Source: Polyangiaceae bacterium (GTDB taxonomy: Bacteria; Myxococcota_A; Polyangia; Polyangiales; Polyangiaceae). Taken from it: a DNA stretch of 64,000 bases. Location of the stretch: assembly GCA_050287085.1 (NCBI GenBank), contig JBNKBE010000002.1:224001-288000 (forward strand). The letters run 5' to 3'. The number at the start of each line of letters is the position of its first letter. Position 1 is the first letter of the stretch. Shown here one piece after another: positions 19,517 through 29,235 of the stretch. A model generated the notes under the pieces. It was given only the letters and a program-made list of their open reading frames with translations, did no database searches and was not told the DNA's origin. The position numbers were made by a program, and so were the translations under genes.

Positions 19517-20295
19517 TGCTCCGTACTAGTCGTGGGTTTACGCTGCTGGAGGTTCTGGTTGCGATTGCCATCTTGGGCCTCGGGTTGACCGTTGTACTCT
19601 CGGCTCAGTCCGGCGTCTTCTACTCCTATTCGCGGGCGACGCGCATGAGTCAGGCGCCCGGGCTACTCCGCTGCAAGATGGAAGAGCTTGAGTTGGAACT
19701 CGCCACCAAGGGCTATTCGCTGGTTGATGAGGAAGACGAAGGCGAGTGTTGTGAGGACACCGACGCTGACGACTACCATTGTAGTTGGAAGATCGAGCGC
19801 GTGGAGTTGCCGTCCATCTTGGCCGATGATCCGCTCGCGGGCGACGCTGGGGTACCGGACGTCACCGGCGCAGCCAGCGAGAGCGCACTCGGAGAGGAAC
19901 CAGCGCTTGGCGAAGTGCAGTCGGGAGTCGGTGGGCCACTGTCCGCGCTGAGCGAGATATCTGCGTCCAACGGCGCGGCCCTCGGCACAGATCCGACGAT
20001 CGGAGGACTTTCCTCTATGATGGGAGGCGACAGCGCCGGCTCCGGGATGGCCTCCATGGTGATGGGGCTCGTATATCCAGATCTGAAGCCGATGCTGGAA
20101 GCTAGCATCCGAAAGATCACGGTTTCGGTGCATTGGCGGGAGGGTAAGCAAGATCGAGAGTTTGCGGTTACCCAGTATGTGACCAACCCGATGCAGGGAG
20201 GATTCGACCCCCTCACGGGGGCGGTCGTCGATGAGCTAGGGGACCAGCTGGAAAACGCTCAAGCCGGACAGGCGGGGAACGGAGGTGGACGATGA
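19516..20295 (+). CDS. gspI: Minor pseudopilin I-like (extended by an acidic Gly-rich insert)
   Basis: G|FTLLEVLVAIAI; IRKITVSVHW; TGATG coupling to the upstream gene. Confidence 0.78.
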   Translation: MLRTSRGFTLLEVLVAIAILGLGLTVVLSAQSGVFYSYSRATRMSQAPGLLRCKMEELELELATKGYSLVDEEDEGECCEDTDADDYHCSWKIERVELPSILADDPLAGDAGVPDVTGAASESALGEEPALGEVQSGVGGPLSALSEISASNGAALGTDPTIGGLSSMMGGDSAGSGMASMVMGLVYPDLKPMLEASIRKITVSVHWREGKQDREFAVTQYVTNPMQGGFDPLTGAVVDELGDQLENAQAGQAGNGGGR

Positions 20296-21014
20296 TGACG
20301 CGTGGCCCGCGCCCCGGCGCTTTCAGGGCCCGCGCCTTCACGCTGATCGAGGTATTGGTTGCGATTGCCATCTTCGCCATGATCTCCACGCTCATCATGA
20401 CGTCCTTCTCATCGCTTCAACGCAGTAAGGAGGGGGTGCGCAGAATCTCGGAGCGCTACCGCCAGGGACGGATGGCACTGTCGCGGATGTCGCGGGAGCT
20501 GCAGAGCGCCTACATTTCTCATCATGTCCCGATCGATCCCAATCTGCTCGTTTGGCGCACGGCGTTCATCGCGGAGCGCGACGATCCGGCGGATCGCGTG
20601 AGTTTCGTTGCGTTTGCGCATCGCCGGCTCGACCGAGACGCGCACGAAAGCGACCAGATGGAAGTGAGCTACTATTCACTTCCCAGTGATCAGGATGACG
20701 GTAGCTACGACTTGATTCGTCGCTTCAGCCCGAAGATCGATCTGGAGCCAGAAACGGGGGGCCGTGCCCAGGTACTAGCCACTGATATTGAGTCGTTGCG
20801 CTTCCAGTATCTCGACGCGCTAACTGGCCTGTGGAGCGAGGACTGGGACAGTACGGAAGCGATTCGTCAGTACGATCGCTTGCCCTTGCAGGTGAAGATT
20901 GACCTCGTATTGCGAGGGGGTCAGCGCGACGGTTCGGGGGACCGCGGCACGCTTACATTCAGCACCAAGGTTGGACTCCCGATGCAGCGACCTCTGGAGT
21001 TTGCCATTCAATGA
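20292..21014 (+). CDS. gspJ: Minor pseudopilin J
   Basis: A|FTLIEVLVAIAI, MSRELQSAY, W..DWDS, LPLQVKIDL. Confidence 0.85.
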   Translation: MMTRGPRPGAFRARAFTLIEVLVAIAIFAMISTLIMTSFSSLQRSKEGVRRISERYRQGRMALSRMSRELQSAYISHHVPIDPNLLVWRTAFIAERDDPADRVSFVAFAHRRLDRDAHESDQMEVSYYSLPSDQDDGSYDLIRRFSPKIDLEPETGGRAQVLATDIESLRFQYLDALTGLWSEDWDSTEAIRQYDRLPLQVKIDLVLRGGQRDGSGDRGTLTFSTKVGLPMQRPLEFAIQ

Positions 21015-22429
21015 GACGCCGATTCCCAATGCCTGGAAGGACGAAGGGACATCGCCGCAAGCGCGGCGTCGCGCTGGTGATCGTGTTGGCGTCGCTGTCG
21101 CTCATCGCGGTCTTGTTGGCGGAGTTTCAGGATGAGACGTCGGCCGACTTCGGTCACGCCCTTGCAGAGCGTGACGCGCTGAGAGCTGAGTATGCTGCGC
21201 GCAGTGCTATCAACCTATCGCGCCTGCTGATCGCGTCTGAGCCGACGATCCGCAAAGCGGTACTGCTTCTCTTCGCCGGCCGCGCGCCGCAGATCCCCGT
21301 TTGGGAGTACGCAGAGCAGGTGCTCGGGGTCTTCAATGGTGATGGCGGGACGGGGAGCTTCAAGACTCTTGGGGCGTTTGACTTTGACGACGCCAAGAGT
21401 CTGGGGTTGGAGGGCGCTTCGTTTGAACTCGCGATCGTCGATGAAGACGCGCGCATCAACTTCAATCAGGCGGCTCGTCCGAACCTATTTGCAAAACAGC
21501 GCATGGCACAGCAGCTCATGGGCATGATGCAGGGGATTCAGTTTGAATCGATGTTTGACAGCCCAGACACGGAGGGCAACCGCTCGTCCCGGCAAGACGT
21601 GTGCGGCGCTGTCATTGATTGGACCGACAGCGATCAGCAGGCAGAGGCGTGTGATGTGTCAGGGCAGCAGATCAATGCGGGCTCGGAAGACTCCTTCTAC
21701 CAGCTCTTGGACTCTCCCTACGAGCGGAAGAACGCTGGGTTTGATAGCCTGGAAGAGCTGCATCTGGTGCGCGGCGTGGGTGACGACTTCTGGGCTACCT
21801 TCGTAGATCCCGATCCGGGCGATCCGCAGGCACGCGTTGCCACGGTATGGGGACGCTCCCAAATAAACGTCAACACGGCCAATCCGCAGACGCTTTGGAG
21901 CCTAATCTGTGCTGCAGCACTTCCAGAGCAACCGTTCTGCACCGATCCAGACCAGATTCAGCGATTCTTCATGCTGGCGAGCATCCTGCGAGGGGCCACC
22001 GCTGGGGTCCCCCTGTTCACCTCTCCTAACTCGCTTATCAACGCCCTGAAGGGCCAAGGAATGGTGGGTACGGTGATGAAGAGTTTCGAGCTTCAAGCGC
22101 CACGCCTGATCAGCGAAGCGGAGTTCAAGAAGACAATCTCGACCGACAGCAAGGTCTTCAGCATTGTGGCGACCGGCGTTGCACGGGCGGGCAAGCGCGA
22201 GACTCGGCGCCGTGTCATCGCGGTCGTTGATTTCCAGAATGCGCCGGGGGCCCTCGATTTCTCCAAGCTCGCCGGGGCGGACCTGAGTGGGGCCACCGGC
22301 TCTGCATGGCAGCAGGCGCTCGATCGCGTCAATCCGGCCACGCTGCCTGAGGGAGCGAGCGCTGACACCATCACCGCCGCGTTTCGGCCTAGCCCCGCTG
22401 GCAGAGTCATTTACTATCGAGTCGAGTAG
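21011..22429 (+). CDS. gspK: Minor pseudopilin K
   Basis: RG|VALVIVL (no Glu5, typical of GspK), DEDARINFN, IDWTDSD, SLEELHLVRGV, INVNTA. Confidence 0.9.
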   Translation: MRRRFPMPGRTKGHRRKRGVALVIVLASLSLIAVLLAEFQDETSADFGHALAERDALRAEYAARSAINLSRLLIASEPTIRKAVLLLFAGRAPQIPVWEYAEQVLGVFNGDGGTGSFKTLGAFDFDDAKSLGLEGASFELAIVDEDARINFNQAARPNLFAKQRMAQQLMGMMQGIQFESMFDSPDTEGNRSSRQDVCGAVIDWTDSDQQAEACDVSGQQINAGSEDSFYQLLDSPYERKNAGFDSLEELHLVRGVGDDFWATFVDPDPGDPQARVATVWGRSQINVNTANPQTLWSLICAAALPEQPFCTDPDQIQRFFMLASILRGATAGVPLFTSPNSLINALKGQGMVGTVMKSFELQAPRLISEAEFKKTISTDSKVFSIVATGVARAGKRETRRRVIAVVDFQNAPGALDFSKLAGADLSGATGSAWQQALDRVNPATLPEGASADTITAAFRPSPAGRVIYYRVE

Positions 22430-22506
22430 CTATCGGCAGGCACCGCCTTGCCATCGCGCCGGCATTTCACTTCATCTGAGTCGCTTCCACCTTCGTTCGT
22501 TTTCTC

Positions 22507-24021
22507 ATGGCCCGTCACATCGGCATAGACATTCGCCCCAACATCGTTCGCGTAGCTGCGCTGCGTAGCAGCTACCGAAAGGTGGCATTGGAAGGCCTCA
22601 ACGAGGTCGATCGAGAGGCCTTCGCCTCCTTGGAGGAGGCAATTGCTGCCGCCGTGGAGCCGTTTGCGCGTCAGCATGAAAACGTGGCGGTGGGACTGGA
22701 TGGCGGCAGCACATACGTGCATCGGGTGCCGCTGCCCCCCGCGGCGCTGAAGCAGGTAGAGGAGGTGCTGCCCTTTGAACTCGAGGCGCAGATCCCCGTT
22801 GATATGGACGAGCTGGTCTTCGACTCCCGGGTGCTTCCACGCGAGCGGGGGGACTCCCAGGTCGAGGTGCTGGCCGCGGCGGCTCCGATCGAGCGCGTGC
22901 AAGGACTCGTCGATTTGTTGCGCCGTGCTCTTGGGCGTGAACCCGAGCGAGTGGGGGCGGGGGCGGTCCCCCTTGGCAACTTGGCTTCAACCAGCGCTGA
23001 GCTTGGACACGCGGAGTGTGCGGCGCTGTTAGACGTGGGCGAAGACACCAGCGACCTGGCGATCTTGGCCTCCGGAACTTGCCTTTTTGCCCGGACACTC
23101 TCGGTCGGCGTGGCGGGTCTTCCTGGCAATGCCGAGCAGTTTCTCTCCAAGTTGCGCCAGTCGTTGACGGCGTGGCTTGCTGCGAGCGACCACCCGGTCA
23201 CGGCGTTGTACCTCCTCGGGGCGGGTCCAGCGGCGCCTGGAATGGCTGAGTACTTGTCCGCCCATTTGAGCATGACGGTGGACGTGCTGCCCAAGCTGCG
23301 CTTGGACACCAGCGCGGTGCAAAGGCCAAAGAGCGCGCTTGACGTTCCGGAGGCGGACGAGGAGCACCGTGTATTGCTGGCCGCATACGGAAAGGCGATT
23401 GCTCTCGCGCTCAGTTTGCGGCCGGGCGCTCGCGATCTGAATCTCCGCAGCGGCGCCGTATCGTTCCAGCATGGTTTTGGTTTCCTCAAAGAGAAGGTCC
23501 CAGTGCTGGCCGGGCTCATGGCAGTCCTGCTCGTGAGCTTTCTGTTCTCTGCGTGGGCTCGCAATCGCGCCTTGTCGGAACAGCGAGTGCTGCTCTCGGA
23601 GTCCTTATCCCTCTTGTCCAAGGAAGTCCTGAACGAAGAAACCGATGACGCGGACTACGCCCTTGAACTGCTCGACAACGGAACGCGTCGCGAGGAGGAT
23701 CCCCAGCCCGAAATGGACGGCTTTGGTCTTCTAATGGCGCTCGAAGAACGGATCCCAGACGATATCGAGCACAATATCGAAGAGCTCGACTATCAGAAGA
23801 CGAAAGTCACTCTGCGCGGCGTGGTCCCTCACGCTGAGGACGCGCAGAAGATCGGTGAAGCTCTCAAAGAGCACAAGTGTATCAAGGACGTGAAGACGGA
23901 GCAGATCACGCGCTTTGGCAAGTCGGACCAGCAGAAGTACACCATGACATTTGAGGTCCGATGCCAGGAGCCGAAGAAGAAACCCCCCAAGCCGTCGCTC
24001 GCGGCCGAAGGGGAGGAGTAG
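22507..24021 (+). CDS. gspL: Type II secretion protein L (PilM-like actin-fold cytoplasmic domain, TM, PilN-like periplasmic domain)
   Basis: IGIDI start, LPFELEAQIP, LLDVG, single TM, C-terminal ferredoxin-like region; operon position. Confidence 0.82.
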   Translation: MARHIGIDIRPNIVRVAALRSSYRKVALEGLNEVDREAFASLEEAIAAAVEPFARQHENVAVGLDGGSTYVHRVPLPPAALKQVEEVLPFELEAQIPVDMDELVFDSRVLPRERGDSQVEVLAAAAPIERVQGLVDLLRRALGREPERVGAGAVPLGNLASTSAELGHAECAALLDVGEDTSDLAILASGTCLFARTLSVGVAGLPGNAEQFLSKLRQSLTAWLAASDHPVTALYLLGAGPAAPGMAEYLSAHLSMTVDVLPKLRLDTSAVQRPKSALDVPEADEEHRVLLAAYGKAIALALSLRPGARDLNLRSGAVSFQHGFGFLKEKVPVLAGLMAVLLVSFLFSAWARNRALSEQRVLLSESLSLLSKEVLNEETDDADYALELLDNGTRREEDPQPEMDGFGLLMALEERIPDDIEHNIEELDYQKTKVTLRGVVPHAEDAQKIGEALKEHKCIKDVKTEQITRFGKSDQQKYTMTFEVRCQEPKKKPPKPSLAAEGEE

Positions 24022-24025
24022 CCCG

Positions 24026-24628
24026 ATGGGGATCCAAGAACGTCTGGACGCTTTGCAGCCGCGTGAGCGGCGCCTGCTGCTCGTATTTGCGGGACTCTTC
24101 GTGGTCATCGCAGTGCTGGCGATACCGCTCGCTGTTTCGGCTGCGTTGGCAGAGCGTCGAGAGGACAACGAGCAGCTGCAATACGCTATCGGGCGGATTG
24201 CGAGCGAACGAGACGCCTTTGCCGAGCGCCGGGCGGCGAGTGAACGCGTCATCGCTCGATACCGAACGGCCGCGCCTGCGTTGGCGGGTTTCATCGAACG
24301 GCAAGCGCAGGCACTCGAGATCGAGATTCCGGAATTCAAGGACCGCCCGATCGTTCCCCTGCAAAACAAGCGCTATGAGGAGCGATCGACAGAGATTCGA
24401 GTCAAAGCGGTGGGGATGCGCAGCCTGATTCTATTCTTGGAAAAGATAGCGCAAGCGCCGTATCCGATCAGCATCACTAAGCTCAGCATTCGCAAGCGTG
24501 CCGCGAAGGAGGACACCTGGGACGCCACGCTCATCGTCTCCGCCTTCCACATGTCGGAGGATGCACTTGCGAAGCTGAACTCGCCGAAGAAGTCGCCGGG
24601 CGCGGGCGCGGCCGAGGCCACACCATGA
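24026..24628 (+). CDS. gspM: Type II secretion protein M
   Basis: LQPRERRLL motif then TM and coiled coil; GGAGGAG RBS; start placed at ATG 24026. Confidence 0.82.
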   Translation: MGIQERLDALQPRERRLLLVFAGLFVVIAVLAIPLAVSAALAERREDNEQLQYAIGRIASERDAFAERRAASERVIARYRTAAPALAGFIERQAQALEIEIPEFKDRPIVPLQNKRYEERSTEIRVKAVGMRSLILFLEKIAQAPYPISITKLSIRKRAAKEDTWDATLIVSAFHMSEDALAKLNSPKKSPGAGAAEATP

Positions 24629-25671
24629 AACTACCCAGTCGAACGAAGCTGCTACGCTGGCTTGGCTATCCCGCCTTCTATGTGATCTGCTTGCTCGCTT
24701 TCGCGTACGCAACCTTCCCCTACGATCGTCTCAAGCAGCGCTTGATCGCCGGCTACAATGCAACTCAGGTGGGCAAGCCTGAGCCCAGACGCATGGAGGT
24801 GGGGGACTTAACCTGGTCATGGCGATTCCCAGGTGTGGTGCTGACCGACGTTGAGCTCATCGCGCCCAAGCCGGAAGAGGGCTCGGCGTCGAGCGAAGAA
24901 ACGCCTCCCAAGCAGTCGCCAGTGATCGCGGTCGACGAGGTCTATGCGACCGCCTCGCTCTGGTCGATGCTATTGGGGAGGACCAGCGTCGATTTTCAGG
25001 CGGTGGGTTTCAATGGGAAACTGTCGGGCAGCTTTGCTGCGTCCGATGATGAGTTGTCCGTGAATGTAGAGTTCGACGGTGTTGACCCGGGCCAGCTTCC
25101 AGGGGTTGCAGAAGCTTTGCAGCTGCCCCTGAGCGGTACGCTGAACGGCACCCTCAGTCTGGTGGTGCCCGAGAAGCACTACTCGAAGGCTAACGGTCAG
25201 GTTGAGCTCAGCATCGACGAACTCGAGATTGGGGACGGCAAGACTAAGATCCGAGGTCTGCTCGCACTGCCAACGGTGCGAGCGGGGACACTCGCTATCA
25301 GTGCTCAGATCAAAGACGGCAAGGCGACGATTGAACGCTTCGAGGCAAACGGTCCGGACCTCGAGGTCCACAGCGACGGACGTATCCGATTGCGCGACGA
25401 GCTCGGCCAGTCTTTGGTCGAGCAGATGAATCTCTCGTTCAATTTTTCGGCCCAGTATCGAACCAAGGATAAGACCACTGAATCGCTGCTGGGAAAGCCG
25501 GGGGAGCGCTTCGGTGGGGCCATCGAGCTCGATCCTCAGGTCAAACGAGCAAGGCAGCCAGACGGTTCTTTCAATTGGCGCATAGCGGGGCCGCTCGCCA
25601 ATTTACGCTTCACGCCGGGGCGGGCCACAAGCTCTGCGCGACGTGCGCCGAGGTCGACCGCCAAGCACTGA
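24625..25671 (+). CDS. gspN: Type II secretion protein N
   Basis: N-terminal TM followed by TFPYDRL, beta-rich body; last gene of the operon with ATGA overlap. Confidence 0.82.
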   Translation: MKLPSRTKLLRWLGYPAFYVICLLAFAYATFPYDRLKQRLIAGYNATQVGKPEPRRMEVGDLTWSWRFPGVVLTDVELIAPKPEEGSASSEETPPKQSPVIAVDEVYATASLWSMLLGRTSVDFQAVGFNGKLSGSFAASDDELSVNVEFDGVDPGQLPGVAEALQLPLSGTLNGTLSLVVPEKHYSKANGQVELSIDELEIGDGKTKIRGLLALPTVRAGTLAISAQIKDGKATIERFEANGPDLEVHSDGRIRLRDELGQSLVEQMNLSFNFSAQYRTKDKTTESLLGKPGERFGGAIELDPQVKRARQPDGSFNWRIAGPLANLRFTPGRATSSARRAPRSTAKH

Positions 25672-25764
25672 GGGCCCCTAGGGTGGGGCGACATAGGGCT
25701 GGCTGCGGACCGTTACTTCCAGCGGATGCCAGGCGGACCAGGCTCCTGGTGGCCCATCACCGTG

Positions 25765-26001
25765 CTAGTCCGTCTTATCGTCGTGACCGCGCAATTCGTC
25801 GGCGACGATTTCGAAGAAGTTCTTGAGGCTCTTCAGACTGAGCTTGGCCTCGGCCAGGTGCTCCTGGAGGTGATCGATGGCGCCGTGCTGAAGGGCCTCG
25901 CGTCGGCATTTGAGTTCCGTATTGAGGCCGTTGAGCGCTTGTTGCGTCTCCTCAGCAAGTCGCTCCAGCTCCGCGGTGGGGGTGTCTCGGGGGGGGCTCA
26001 T
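25765..26001 (-). CDS. Small helical hypothetical protein (78 aa)
   Basis: GAGGAG RBS 6 nt upstream of ATG 26001; amphipathic/coiled-coil composition; co-oriented downstream of the Na/Pi transporter. Confidence 0.65.
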   Translation of the reverse strand: MSPPRDTPTAELERLAEETQQALNGLNTELKCRREALQHGAIDHLQEHLAEAKLSLKSLKNFFEIVADELRGHDDKTD

Positions 26002-26058
26002 GAGCGACTCCTCAAGTAAAGGCATTGGGGCACGAAACGCGCTCAAGCTCTAATTGCG

Positions 26059-27216
26059 TCACAGCATACGGCTGAGGGCCAGCAGTAGACCGGGGACGAC
26101 GAAAAACACACCAAGAATGTACGCCAGGGCAATGACTTTGCGCTGGGACGCTATTTCAGCCAGCCAAGCCGCGGCACGCAAGGGGAGTTCGCGTAGAAAT
26201 GAGATGTTCCAGATCACGATCACGGCCGACGTGTTGAAGAGCAGGTGAATCAGAGCGATCTGCAGCGCTACGGCGGCATTGGCACCCGTGACCCCTGTGG
26301 CGGCGAGCAGTGCCGTTACGCAGGTGCCGATGTTGGCCCCGAGGGTGAAGGGGTAGATCTGCCTAGCCGTGAAGATCCCAGCGCCGGCGAGGGGCACCAT
26401 GAGCGACGTGGTGGTGGACGAGGACTGAACCAAGACGGTGACCAGAGTGCCCGAAAGGATGCCGGTGAGAGGACCACGACCGATGGCCGTGTGCAGCAGC
26501 TGCTTGGCGCGCCCTACGAGTAGGGAGCGCAGCAGCTTGCCGACCACCAGAATGGCTCCGAAGATGAGTCCGACACCAACGATCACTAGTAGCAGACCGC
26601 CGTAGGGCTGCTGCAAGCCAGTCGCAGCGCCGCGCAGGGTGTCGACTACCGGCGAGGTCACCAGCTTGACGATATTGGCGCTGCCGACGTCCACCTGACC
26701 GCCTCCGGCCAGCGCTTCCGCAATGACTCTTGCGACGCGCTCGAGCAGGCCGAAGGCGACTTCGAGGGGGAGAAAGAGAGCGACCGCCAGGAGATTGAAG
26801 TAGTCGTGAATCGTCGCGGCTTCGAAAGCGCGACGGAACTCGTCGTTCGAGCGAACGTATCCCAGGCTCACGATGGTGTTGGTGATGCTGGTGCCTACGT
26901 TGGCTCCCATGACGATTGGGACCGCCACGGCGACGGGCAGCCCGCCTGCGACCAAAGCGACGATGATGGATGTGACGGTCGAGGATGACTGGATGAGAGC
27001 CGTCGCCACCGTGCCGATGATCAAGCCCAGGAACGGGTTGGTCGCAAACGCGAACAGCTCTTTTGCTTGACCTCCGGTCGCACTCTTGAAGCCGCCCCCG
27101 ATCAGGCCGACGGCACAGATCAAGATATAGACGAGGAACGCGACTGCGAGCCAAGACGCTGCGCGTCTGCCTTTCCCGGTCGTGGTGGGCTGCTCAGCAT
27201 GCGATTCGGCGGTCAC
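26059..27216 (-). CDS. Na+/phosphate cotransporter (NptA/SLC34 family)
   Basis: Two inverted-repeat signature motifs LIQSSSTVTS / LVQSSSTTTS and GANVGT / GANIGT; many TM helices; start uncertain (27216 GTG or 27276 ATG). Confidence 0.92.
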   Translation of the reverse strand: MTAESHAEQPTTTGKGRRAASWLAVAFLVYILICAVGLIGGGFKSATGGQAKELFAFATNPFLGLIIGTVATALIQSSSTVTSIIVALVAGGLPVAVAVPIVMGANVGTSITNTIVSLGYVRSNDEFRRAFEAATIHDYFNLLAVALFLPLEVAFGLLERVARVIAEALAGGGQVDVGSANIVKLVTSPVVDTLRGAATGLQQPYGGLLLVIVGVGLIFGAILVVGKLLRSLLVGRAKQLLHTAIGRGPLTGILSGTLVTVLVQSSSTTTSLMVPLAGAGIFTARQIYPFTLGANIGTCVTALLAATGVTGANAAVALQIALIHLLFNTSAVIVIWNISFLRELPLRAAAWLAEIASQRKVIALAYILGVFFVVPGLLLALSRML

Positions 27217-27411
27217 CGCGGCGTGCCTAACGCACCGGGGCATGGGGGAGCAACAACGAAACCCCTCGTCCGCCATGCCTTGATGAACAGGCCGGCAGGA
27301 TCGCCCCGCATTGACGCCGATTGTGACAATCGAGCGACGACCTGGTGACAGGGCCTGCCCTGGATTGTACGAAGCTGAGCTGTGCGAGCTGGTAGGCCTC
27401 GCCCACCGGTT

Positions 27412-29085
27412 TCAGGGGGCCGGTAAGCGCTGCCGCGTATAGCGCCGAGCGAGTTCACGCAACTCGCGCACGTCAAAGGGCTTCGTTAGGCGCTCGTTTC
27501 GACAAGCGCCGAGGTAGCGGCGTTCCGAGTCGGTAGCGGCGCCACCCGTCATAAACACCAGACGGGAAGCCTGTTCGGGGCGCTCTTGAGCCAAACGTTT
27601 GTGCAGTTCGCTGCCCGATACATTGGGCATCATCAGGTCGCATAGAATCAGGTCGTACTCCTCCCCAGCCAAGAGATGTTGGAGGGCAGTTCGGGAGTCT
27701 GCGTAGCAGGCCACGTCATGCTCGCTCCGAAGCACTCGGAGAATCGCCTTGAGTACGATGTTTTCATCGTCAACAACCAGAATGCGACCATTGCCAACGG
27801 AGCTCGTTCCGTATTCCGCTCGCGAACCCTGCCCTTCGGTCGCGCCGGCCAGTGCGAAGCTTAGGGTTGCCCGTCCGCCCAGTTCGGGGTCGAAGCCCAG
27901 CCGGCCGCCGAACTCGCTGGCATCAGTCCGTGTCAGGTCGGGCACCAAACCCCCCTGTGCGCCTGGCGGACCCTGGCTGGCGTCCGGCAGCTCTTGGCCG
28001 AGCTCGAGTCGGTTGTCGCTGAGGGCGATCACGCAGCGCTGCCCCCCAGTGGGATCAGCATGCACCGTCACCTCCACTCGGATTTCGTTGCGTTGCGGAT
28101 TCGGGACGGTGAAAGCGCGCGCGGCGCTGGTCAGTAGGCTGATCAGCGCTTGCGTGAGACGCGCTTCGTCGGCCATCACGATTGCAGGCGCTGCGAGCTC
28201 GACCCGAACCCGTGCGATTTGCTCCAACTCGTGCGCGCAGGAGGCCTGGGCCGTCGCGATGGCGCTTGCCACGGAGGTGGGCGCGAGGGTTGGGTTGCCC
28301 CGTCCCGCTGCATGCAGGGCTCCAACCGTGCGAGCGATTCGCTCGGCCCCATAGCGGGCGTCGAGCAGGCTTTCCATGAGCTCGTCGTGTCCGGGGCTGC
28401 CCTGGGGGAGCCGCTTGACCAGATCGAGGGCGATATCCAGGTTGGCACTTACGAACGTCAAGGGATTGTTGATCTCATGTCCCAGGCCATCTGCGACCGA
28501 GTCCGCGGCGGACGAGCCTTGGCGCTCTGGGCCTTGCGACAACCAGGACTGAGGGCCCGAACGGTGTCGGGCCGCGCGCTCGCCGCTAGGAGGAAGGGAG
28601 CCTCGACGGAGCTCCAATTGGGCCATCACTTGATGTGCAAGCCGTTCGAGGAGTTGGCGTTGCGTCCCGGACAGCATCCGCGGAATACGGTCGGCAACAC
28701 ATAAAGTGCCCAGCACATGCTGCCGGTGACAGAGCGGTACCCCGAAGTAGAAGCGAAACCCACCGCTCCCATGCGCCAGCGGATTGTTCTGGAGAGCGGG
28801 GTCCAGGTGGGTGTCCTCGATCTGCACCGAATGGCCGCTGGCAAGGACTCGTGCGCAGAAAGAGAGCCCCTTGGGGAGCTCGGTTGTCTCGAGTCCGTAC
28901 CGTGATTTGAACCACTGTCGCGAACCGTCGAGGAAGGAAATCAGAGCGACAGGGGTCTGCGCCACAAACGCTGCCAACTGCGTGAGATCGTCGAATACGT
29001 GCTCCGGTGGCGTGTCGAGGACACCGAAGCTCTGCAGAGCGCTCAGCCTTTCAGCTTCGTTCGGGGAGGGGAATACCACCGGCAC
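27412..29085 (-). CDS. Hybrid sensor protein GAF-HisKA-(degenerate HATPase)-REC
   Basis: GAF (NEAERL...LDTPPE, RQWFKS, RFYFGVPL, GTLCV), H-box GHEINNPL, REC (VVDDE, CDLMMP, FMTGG, KPF); ATP-binding boxes degenerate. Confidence 0.88.
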   Translation of the reverse strand: MPVVFPSPNEAERLSALQSFGVLDTPPEHVFDDLTQLAAFVAQTPVALISFLDGSRQWFKSRYGLETTELPKGLSFCARVLASGHSVQIEDTHLDPALQNNPLAHGSGGFRFYFGVPLCHRQHVLGTLCVADRIPRMLSGTQRQLLERLAHQVMAQLELRRGSLPPSGERAARHRSGPQSWLSQGPERQGSSAADSVADGLGHEINNPLTFVSANLDIALDLVKRLPQGSPGHDELMESLLDARYGAERIARTVGALHAAGRGNPTLAPTSVASAIATAQASCAHELEQIARVRVELAAPAIVMADEARLTQALISLLTSAARAFTVPNPQRNEIRVEVTVHADPTGGQRCVIALSDNRLELGQELPDASQGPPGAQGGLVPDLTRTDASEFGGRLGFDPELGGRATLSFALAGATEGQGSRAEYGTSSVGNGRILVVDDENIVLKAILRVLRSEHDVACYADSRTALQHLLAGEEYDLILCDLMMPNVSGSELHKRLAQERPEQASRLVFMTGGAATDSERRYLGACRNERLTKPFDVRELRELARRYTRQRLPAP

Positions 29086-29235
29086 GCGCGCACTGTAGCA
29101 AGAATGAGCTAGCAATGGAGGGCTAACGCGCCTTTTGACCCTACTGCGTCTGACCCGAATGGGCTACGGGACGCCGAGGCCCATTCGCGCTAAGGGGGGG
29201 CGTGTTTGCGACGTTCGCTGAGACGTCGCAAATCG

